This document shows, in pieces, positions 1-6,580 of a stretch of DNA of 64,000 nucleotides. The stretch comes from Pyrinomonadaceae bacterium. Its GTDB lineage: Bacteria > Acidobacteriota > Blastocatellia > Pyrinomonadales > Pyrinomonadaceae. Numbering within the stretch: the first letter of the stretch is position 1; every line of letters begins with the position of its first letter. The notes under the pieces were generated by a model, which searched no databases, was not told where the DNA came from, and worked only from the letters and a program-made list of their open reading frames with translations. The stretch covers positions 48,420-112,419 of the forward strand of contig JBGTIP010000017.1 of the NCBI GenBank assembly GCA_041745615.1, in the 5' to 3' direction. The position numbers and the translations under genes were made by a program.

Positions 1-391
1 TAGGCGTGATCCCGCAGATCGGTTCTTTAGAAAAAGGAAAGCTGTATGAGATCGCTCCAAGGAGTTTGCCGTCGACATACACGGGCGAACCGGACATGCC
101 CGCGAAAACGGCCGTCCGCTCGGCACTGCCGCCGCTCAGCCGGCCGATTATCATGTCCTGGCCCGGACCGATCCAATTCGGAACCACGCCGAGTATCTCG
201 ACGTTGAACTCCTCGGACTGGTTGCCGCGAAAGACCGTTCTTGCAGTTCCCCGCATGCCCTCGCGAACTTCGGAGACCTGCATGAAACGTGCCCCTGCGG
301 CGGGCATCGAGACTTGTTGAAATTGAGCTAATACGGTGCTTCCGCCGGTGAGAATTGCGATGCAGAGAATGAGCGATCTTGCTTTTGTCAT
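1..391 (-). CDS. Peptidase S55 (SpoIVB-like) family serine protease, N-terminal ~130 codons; CDS continues past the left window edge
   Basis: Open to the window edge, so absent from the ORF track. My reverse-complement translation from ATG at 391 gives MTKARSLILCIAILTGGSTVLAQ (signal-peptide-like) ... FNVEILGVVPNWIGPGQDMIIGRLSGGSAERTAVFAGMSGSPVYVDGKLLGAISYSFPFSKEPICGITP. The GMSGSP serine-protease motif and context match my memory of S55/SpoIVB-type peptidases. Confidence 0.55.
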   Translation of the reverse strand, partial: MTKARSLILCIAILTGGSTVLAQFQQVSMPAAGARFMQVSEVREGMRGTARTVFRGNQSEEFNVEILGVVPNWIGPGQDMIIGRLSGGSAERTAVFAGMSGSPVYVDGKLLGAISYSFPFSKEPICGITP

Positions 392-524
392 CCTAAATAT
401 TACTTCCTTAAAGCCTGCCGCATATGGTAACATTTTAAATGTCTATCCGGAAGCCTTTCTTTTGGGCTTTCAACTCACCTTACGATGCCGTAAAACGGCA
501 ATTTTCTGCAAAAAGTTTTCTGCC

Positions 525-1487
525 ATGGCTAAATCCACTCGTCTTGTTAAGAGTTTTTCGCGTCTGCTTTTACCGGTCATCCTGCTCGTCGTCGTGGCGG
601 TAAGTGCAGGTTCTGTTTGGCTCGTTTACAGCACTGCTCGGCCGGTCTCATTGGGGTACCTGGTTACGCCGGATAAGTACGGTCAGTTGAGTACGCGTGC
701 CGCTCAGGTCACGGAGGAATCCTGGACCAACCTGGACGGCAGTTCAGCCCGCGGGTGGCTGCTTCGTGGTGCAGAAAATGCGCCGGCGGTCATTTTGCTT
801 CATAAGTACGGAGCAAATCGATCGTACGTCCTCAACCTGGGCGTTAAGCTGAACGAATCGACCAACTTTACAGTACTCATGCCCGATCAGCGCGGACACG
901 GCGAAGACCCCCTGGTGAAAAATGCCTCGTTCGGCGGATGTGAATCTGAAGACGCGGCAGCGGCCGTTCAATATCTTCGCGATCTAAAGGGCGGTGATCA
1001 AAATCCCCTGGTTGGTCAGAATATCGGCATGTACGGGGTAGAAATGGGTGCCATTGCGGCCATATCAACAGCCGTTCGTGAGCCTTCTATCAAGGCTCTT
1101 GCACTGGATTCCGTTCCATCGGGTTCGGACAACGTGCTTACGGGATCGGTCGACCGGCGTTTTCCCTTTGCCACATTTGCTTCGACACGGCTTGCGAAAC
1201 TCGGAACCCACTTGTATTTCTTTGATGGCTGCTACAAGCGTGAGCCAGTTTGTGAAACTGCGAGACGGATCGAAGGTAATCGAGTCTTACTGCTTGCCGG
1301 TGTGGACGCCAGAGATTTTCAGGATTCGACCTCGAGTTTGAACAAGTGTTTTTCTTCAAACAATCAGGTTGAAACCAGGACAGACCTGAGCCCTTCCGGG
1401 TTCAGCATAAATAATGCCTCGCTTGAGCAATCGCAGGCGTATGACCAGCGTTTAATTGATTTTTTCCGGACGGCCTTAGGCGGATAG
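525..1487 (+). CDS. Alpha/beta-hydrolase-fold membrane-anchored protein (possibly non-catalytic)
   Basis: ORF 336-1487. Start moved to ATG 525 (MAKSTRLVKSFSRLLLPVILLVVVAV = N-terminal TM helix). Alpha/beta hydrolase pattern: VILLHKYGANRS, MPDQRGHGE, GMYGVEMGA. The nucleophile elbow reads G-V-E-M-G instead of G-x-S-x-G. Confidence 0.6.
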   Translation: MAKSTRLVKSFSRLLLPVILLVVVAVSAGSVWLVYSTARPVSLGYLVTPDKYGQLSTRAAQVTEESWTNLDGSSARGWLLRGAENAPAVILLHKYGANRSYVLNLGVKLNESTNFTVLMPDQRGHGEDPLVKNASFGGCESEDAAAAVQYLRDLKGGDQNPLVGQNIGMYGVEMGAIAAISTAVREPSIKALALDSVPSGSDNVLTGSVDRRFPFATFASTRLAKLGTHLYFFDGCYKREPVCETARRIEGNRVLLLAGVDARDFQDSTSSLNKCFSSNNQVETRTDLSPSGFSINNASLEQSQAYDQRLIDFFRTALGG

Positions 1488-1490
1488 ATC

Positions 1491-2189
1491 CTAAAGATCA
1501 AGCTTTTTCCTGCCGTGGCCGTTCGAACGTGATACGAGCAGGATCTCTGCACTTTCTTCCATTTGAGTTACTGCGGTGCCGAGCAATGTTTTCAGCTCGT
1601 TGAGTCGATCGGATGTGGATGTCATTTCCAGGAGTGCGTATTTTTTCTCGTTATCGAAATTGAATGCCGCCGTTATCAGGAATGACAGCGATTCAGGATC
1701 TGTTTTCTGGATCTGCGGAAACTGGCCTCGGTTGCCGCCGATAGAAAATGCGGCCCTTGCCATCCTTTCAAACAGGCCGAACACTTCATCGGCGAGGGAC
1801 CCAAGCTGATCGTCTTTAGCATCTTCGTCCTGGAAGTACTCGACCTCACCGACCAGATAAGGCGTTCCGGCGTTGATATAATCGAGCAGTCGAAAACGCA
1901 CAACACCGAGGGTTAGAATATTCGACCGGCCGTCGGGCAATAGTTCCGATTCGCGAACCTCCGCAAGGCAGCCCACCCTGCCAACAGGAGGCGTTTCCGC
2001 AAAAGGACTATCTGCCTCAAACAGCAGGACACCGAAAAACTTGGTTCCCCGTTCGACATCTTTGAGCATTTCGCGATAACGGTCTTCAAAGATGTGCAGC
2101 GGCAAAAGCTCATTGGGGAGCATTACCAGCGGAAGGGGGAATAGCGGAATACGTTTGATCCCGCTGACTTTGTCTAGGATTTCGGACAT
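1491..2189 (-). CDS. Stand-alone Lon N-terminal (LON substrate-binding) domain protein
   Basis: 232 aa. IPLFPLPLVMLPNELLPLHIFEDRYREML is the classic start of the Lon N-terminal domain. No AAA or protease domain follows. Overlaps the upstream nuclease gene by 16 nt. Confidence 0.75.
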   Translation of the reverse strand: MSEILDKVSGIKRIPLFPLPLVMLPNELLPLHIFEDRYREMLKDVERGTKFFGVLLFEADSPFAETPPVGRVGCLAEVRESELLPDGRSNILTLGVVRFRLLDYINAGTPYLVGEVEYFQDEDAKDDQLGSLADEVFGLFERMARAAFSIGGNRGQFPQIQKTDPESLSFLITAAFNFDNEKKYALLEMTSTSDRLNELKTLLGTAVTQMEESAEILLVSRSNGHGRKKLDL

Positions 2190-3430
2190 GCTTTAAGGCC
2201 AATAAATTCCGCGATCTTCTCAGCCGGTTCGTCGCTTAATGCCATTCGTTTGGCTCCGATCACGGCATCAGAGACGACCTCTCGGCGGTTCGCAAAGCGG
2301 GTGTCTCTGACGATAAGGTCTTCGATCACGCGACGTTCCAGTTGCTCTCGACCCGGATCGTCCAACTCCTGCGGAGTTTCAATGTAATCCGCCGGGACCG
2401 TATGATTCTTGATCCGGACGTGCAAGGCGTTGGTGGCTGATCTTGTTTCATCCCGGATCTTTTGCGTTTCGAGCAGGGAATTCGGAAATCCGAGGTGTCC
2501 TCGCAATGCTATTTCAATGATCGGCTGGATGGTGCCGGAAAGGGCGGCTCGTGCCGTCATTCGCACCATTCCTAACACACCCTCTGTAACTTCGTCGGTA
2601 GTGGTGCAGGTGGTGACGTCAAACTGGAGTTGCTGGAATGGGCGGAAATGATAATCTACCACGTGCCGAGCGTGCACCGCATTGGTTTCGTCAACCTCGA
2701 CGACAAACGCTCCTCGGGTTTCGCGGAACTCGGTAATATTGGTGATCTCTATCGAACCCGGATTGAACGCCCAGTTATCGATCTCATAGTGCTTATGCGT
2801 ATGGCCAAGACCTACATACTCGACTGCATTTTTTAATTCTTTTAAGGCTGACACTGACAAGGCCGGCAGCGGATGCATCTGATGCCCCTCAACATCGGTG
2901 TGGAGCATCAGGATATGGAATGCTCCGTTTCGCCTATTTTTCATTATAGCTTTCGTCAGCATAGGAATTGCCCAGTTAGCCGAGGCCCCGTACCAGTCAG
3001 AACCAAAGATGCGTGCCCGTCCTACATCAATAAATCCCCCGTGTTTCGCCGTCTCATCCCAGGCCGAGTATGCCAATTCTCCGTCGACTGGGGTCGGCTC
3101 TAACAGCTTGATAAGTCCCCACCGCGACAACGAACGAAGCCAGCTAAACTCCGTATCGGTGTGTTTTTGATCATGATTTCCCTCAATCGCGATAACTGGG
3201 ATCCCGGCCTCCCTCATGATCGTCAGTCCCTCTACTGCGTAGTTCATCGTTTCAGGCGGAACAGCCCGTTTATGAAAGAAGTCGCCGCAAATTATGACAA
3301 AATCGACTTTTTCATCGATCCCGTACCGCCGCAGTACATCGAACCATGCGTTAAAAAAGTCACCCGGACTCTCGGCCAATTGGTACCGGGTACATCCGAG
3401 ATGAACATCAGCGATATGGAGAAACTTCAC
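2174..3430 (-). CDS. Metallophosphoesterase, SbcD/Mre11-like DNA repair exonuclease
   Basis: 418 aa. MKFLHIADVHLG, ICGDFFH and IEGNHD are calcineurin-like phosphoesterase motifs in the SbcD/Mre11 order. Confidence 0.8.
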   Translation of the reverse strand: MKFLHIADVHLGCTRYQLAESPGDFFNAWFDVLRRYGIDEKVDFVIICGDFFHKRAVPPETMNYAVEGLTIMREAGIPVIAIEGNHDQKHTDTEFSWLRSLSRWGLIKLLEPTPVDGELAYSAWDETAKHGGFIDVGRARIFGSDWYGASANWAIPMLTKAIMKNRRNGAFHILMLHTDVEGHQMHPLPALSVSALKELKNAVEYVGLGHTHKHYEIDNWAFNPGSIEITNITEFRETRGAFVVEVDETNAVHARHVVDYHFRPFQQLQFDVTTCTTTDEVTEGVLGMVRMTARAALSGTIQPIIEIALRGHLGFPNSLLETQKIRDETRSATNALHVRIKNHTVPADYIETPQELDDPGREQLERRVIEDLIVRDTRFANRREVVSDAVIGAKRMALSDEPAEKIAEFIGLKACPKS

Positions 3431-3682
3431 GGAACGATTTTATCATAGCGTTATTCTTAGTCTTGACATCCCAATGGACTACATTGCGGACAAGAGGTTT
3501 AAATGTGCGCGGTGTCACATTATCGGGTATAGTTGGAGTGATACTGGTTTTGACATAGATAAATATAGATAAAGGTGAGAGAATGTTGGGACGTTTTCTG
3601 CAGAAGTCCAGTTCGCCGGGATGTCCCGGTCTTTAATTTCGAAACCGGAAATTTGCTCCGGCCATCTCACCTTTAACGATCA

Positions 3683-5239
3683 ATGAAAATTTTACTCTAC
3701 AACCCTGACAACGGCATTACGCGGAATTTCATGCCGCATCTCTGGATGTTTCTCCTGCAATCGCTGACGCCGAAAGAACATGAGGTGATACTCATTGACG
3801 GCAATGCGAAAGCGATGACCCGGCCGCAGTTGGTCCAATTTTGCAAAGAACAGAACATCGGCCTCATCGGTATCGGGGCAATGACCCGCATGGTTGCCCG
3901 GGCTTACCTTGTAGCGGATGCTCTTCGCGAAGCGGGATTTAAGGTCGTAATGGGCGGCCCCCACGTTACCGAATGCCCGGACGAGGCGCTAGGCAAAGAT
4001 GGAGGGCCCCGACATGCAGATGCAGTTGCATTGGGAGAGGCCGACGAATATTGGGCACAGATCGTCGAGGACGCGGCAAATGGGGAACTTAAGGAAACCT
4101 ATCAGCCGAAAGTCGATGATAAGGGCAACGACTTTAAGCCGAGTCTTCAGCCCTACCCGCACATCCCTTGGGAAACACTCGATCTTGACCAGTTCTCTCT
4201 TGTGCCCAAGTTCCTGCGGCCCGTGATGTCACGAATGGGCGAGGGTTGGGGAAAGTTCTTCGTTGTTCCGATCGAGACCGGACGAGGCTGCCCTTACGGG
4301 TGTGAATTTTGCACCGTCACTGGATTCTTTGGCGATTCGATAAGGTTCCGCACGAATGAGAGCGTTGTTGAAGAATTGCTTCGACTTAAGGCTCGAGCCC
4401 GGAAAGAGAAGGGCCAGATGGCGGTCTTCTTTATTGACGATAATCTCGCGATCAACAAAAAACGCCTCAAGGGCCTGCTTCGAGACATGATCGCAGCCGG
4501 AGCCACTTTGCCCTGGGTGGCGCAGATCAGTGCGAATCTGCTTGCGGATGAAGAGTTAGTCGATCTCATTGCTGAGGCCGGCGGGCGATGGATCTTTATC
4601 GGAATGGAATCCATCGATCCAGCTAATATGGCTGATGTTAACAAGAATTTTTCGAAGCCTGAGAATTATCAGACGGTGCTTGATGGCCTCAGAAAGCGGA
4701 ATATTTACGCGATAACGTCATTTATCTTTGGGATGGACAATGACACACCCGGCGTGGCCAATCGTACGGTCGATGAGATCGAAAGCTGGGCGCCGGGCTT
4801 GCCGGTCTTTGGACAATTGACGCCATTTCCATCAACGCCTCTTTATACCAGACTCGAAAAGGCGGGGCGACTTGCCCGGCCGAAGCATTGGCTCGATTTT
4901 GCCCCTTTTGTGATGGCCCACGACCCCCTTAAGATGTCGATCGAAGACGCAAAGAAGGAGACTTTCGACGCATGGTATAGGTCTTACAGCCCTGAACGAA
5001 ATCTTGAAGCTATCAATGAGATCCGAGAAGCGCCTATCGATACCCGGATCGGTCACCTTGTCGCCCGTCTGTTTTTCAGGGGAATTTATTTTCCGCAAAT
5101 GAGCAGATCGGCCTGGATCAAACTTCTCTATGACAACCGTAAACCGATCCTCAGCCTGACCCGGGAAGGTATCCGTACCTGGCGGGCCGCCAGGAAGCGG
5201 AGAAGAATTGACGGTCGGTCTGTACAAACTGCCCAATAA
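3683..5239 (+). CDS. B12-binding radical SAM protein (DUF4070-type C-terminus)
   Basis: 518 aa. N-terminal B12-binding-like Rossmann segment (MKILLYNPDN ... VILIDGNA ... GIGAMT). Radical SAM cluster motif GRGCPYGCEFCTV (CxxxCxxC). Confidence 0.85.
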   Translation: MKILLYNPDNGITRNFMPHLWMFLLQSLTPKEHEVILIDGNAKAMTRPQLVQFCKEQNIGLIGIGAMTRMVARAYLVADALREAGFKVVMGGPHVTECPDEALGKDGGPRHADAVALGEADEYWAQIVEDAANGELKETYQPKVDDKGNDFKPSLQPYPHIPWETLDLDQFSLVPKFLRPVMSRMGEGWGKFFVVPIETGRGCPYGCEFCTVTGFFGDSIRFRTNESVVEELLRLKARARKEKGQMAVFFIDDNLAINKKRLKGLLRDMIAAGATLPWVAQISANLLADEELVDLIAEAGGRWIFIGMESIDPANMADVNKNFSKPENYQTVLDGLRKRNIYAITSFIFGMDNDTPGVANRTVDEIESWAPGLPVFGQLTPFPSTPLYTRLEKAGRLARPKHWLDFAPFVMAHDPLKMSIEDAKKETFDAWYRSYSPERNLEAINEIREAPIDTRIGHLVARLFFRGIYFPQMSRSAWIKLLYDNRKPILSLTREGIRTWRAARKRRRIDGRSVQTAQ

Positions 5240-5253
5240 TATTATGAATAAGA

Positions 5254-5287
5254 CTAAGGCTCCCGGACTGCGGTCGGGGAGCCTTAG
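5254..5287. terminator. Hairpin between convergent genes (candidate bidirectional terminator)
   Basis: CTAAGGCTCCC (5254-5264) pairs with GGGAGCCTTAG (5277-5287), an 11-bp stem. It lies between the radical SAM stop (5239) and the lectin-like gene stop (5305). No clean U-tract. Confidence 0.35.
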
Positions 5288-5304
5288 TTCGAGCTAATGC
5301 GATA

Positions 5305-6060
5305 TTAGCTCCGTTCAGGCAGAATCTCTATCTTGACATTAAAGAAGCCAGAGTTGTCGTTGAGATTTCCCTCATTGATGCCGAGAAATAGTGCTCCGTC
5401 ACGATTTGCCGTAAATTCCCGCTCGGCACCTATATAAATAAAATCATTGTTGTCGTCGCCTATTACCGCAATTAAGGCCCCTGTCGGAACATTTTTGAGC
5501 AATTTTTGTGGGTCTTCAATTGTTCCGAGCCCAGATGCTGTCGACTTGTGCCCTTTTCCCAGAGAGATAGTTCCATCATCTGCACTGACGCGGATACGCT
5601 GCCCTTTTTTAACCACCCAACCGGAATTCGTCCATCCATTCGAACTGTTATCCGCTTGTACCTTGATCCTCCATTCGATCGGATCGATGCTCTGAGTCGT
5701 TCGGGGCGTCGCCCTCGGCTCAGTTTTTGCAACGTCTTTGTTAACCGTCGTTTTGTCGGGGATCCGCTCTCGATATGTAACCGGCTGATTGGGTCGACTG
5801 GAGGTTACTACCCGTGCGGCCGTTTCGTCCGCCGAATCGAATTGGATCGAATCAACCTCAGCAGCTGTGAATTTAAGCTCCCGCTTTCGGGAACCGTCCC
5901 CGATCGATATGACGAAGGTCCCGTGGGTATAGGTCACGATCTTTCCCTTTATAATGCTGCCGTCCTTAAGCCGAATTGTGTCCGCAAACATCTGTAACGA
6001 AAGAGCTAAAATGATGAATACCAGGGCAACGCTTCGAAAGATGTTTGTGAATTTCGCCAT
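5305..6060 (-). CDS. Secreted protein with C-terminal PA-IL/LecA-like lectin domain
   Basis: ORF 5305-6123. Start moved to ATG 6060 (MAKFTNIFRSVALVFIILALSLQMFA signal peptide). The C-terminal ~120 aa (GWTNSGWVVKKGQRIRVSA ... GALIAVIGDDNN ... LGINEGNLNDNSGFFNVKIEI) resembles Pseudomonas LecA (ends ...YNDVPGTYGNNSGSFSVNI). Confidence 0.5.
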   Translation of the reverse strand: MAKFTNIFRSVALVFIILALSLQMFADTIRLKDGSIIKGKIVTYTHGTFVISIGDGSRKRELKFTAAEVDSIQFDSADETAARVVTSSRPNQPVTYRERIPDKTTVNKDVAKTEPRATPRTTQSIDPIEWRIKVQADNSSNGWTNSGWVVKKGQRIRVSADDGTISLGKGHKSTASGLGTIEDPQKLLKNVPTGALIAVIGDDNNDFIYIGAEREFTANRDGALFLGINEGNLNDNSGFFNVKIEILPERS

Positions 6061-6248
6061 AAAACCTCCAAGAATGGCTTCGGTCGATTGCCTTGAAAAT
6101 GGAAAGCAAAAGCGTAGTACCACCGGCGAGGTAAAGTCCGAACAGCCGCAAGTTGTGGCCGTGTTCAGGGAACCACCATTCTAACGGGATATTACAAAAA
6201 TGCCGGTCAGTTGTAAATATATACTTAAAGTAAGCGGGAAGCGGTACG

Positions 6249-6438
6249 CAGTGAACGGTGAACAGTGAACAGTGAACAGTGAGCAGTGAATAGTGAATAG
6301 TGAACAGTGAACAGTGAGCAGTGAATAGTGAATAGTGAATAGTGAATAGTGAATAGTGAATAGTGGACTCACTAGTCTCCAGTCTCCAGTCTCCCGTCTT
6401 TCGCCTCCACTCTCCACTTTCCACTCTCCACTCCCTCA
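6249..6438. repeat. Two abutting heptanucleotide tandem arrays: 17 x YAGTGAA-type (6249-6367) then 9 x TCTCCAS-type (6376-6438)
   Basis: Read directly. CAGTGAA CGGTGAA CAGTGAA CAGTGAA CAGTGAG CAGTGAA TAGTGAA TAGTGAA CAGTGAA CAGTGAG CAGTGAA TAGTGAA x5 TAGTGGA, then joint CTCACTAG, then TCTCCAG TCTCCAG TCTCCCG TCTTTCG CCTCCAC TCTCCAC TTTCCAC TCTCCAC TCCCTCA. The reverse complement of the second array gives RAGTGGA/CTGGAGA units. Confidence 0.95.
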
Positions 6439-6580
6439 CACCCCTTGTTTTTGTACCACCTCGGGACATGATAATCGCTCTAACCCTAAACCTATCTTAG
6501 GTTTACAAGTCTGAGCAGTGTACCAGTGTTTTTTCTGGGGCGGGTGATTTTCGATTTTCAAAGATCCGGATCTGTGTTTC

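Noticed and set aside
6-320. 104-aa plus-strand ORF at the left edge
   Set aside because: It is antisense to the S55-like protease frame, which has a signal peptide and a GMSGSP motif. The plus-frame product is Pro/Ser-rich with no motifs.
3431-3682. Cobalamin riboswitch upstream of the B12-radical SAM gene
   Set aside because: I could not find the conserved B12-box or a matching fold by eye. The region looks like a plain AT-rich divergent promoter region. An Rfam scan would settle it.
6249-6438. Possible CRISPR array
   Set aside because: The units are 7 nt, contiguous and have no spacers. No cas genes are in the window.
5966-6469. 167-aa minus-strand ORF (and nested 6181-6417 ORF) with HYSLFTIHYSLFT repeats
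   Set aside because: It is simply the translation of the 7-nt tandem arrays (3 x 7 nt = 7 codons). It overlaps the real start of the lectin-like gene and has no coding-like flanks.
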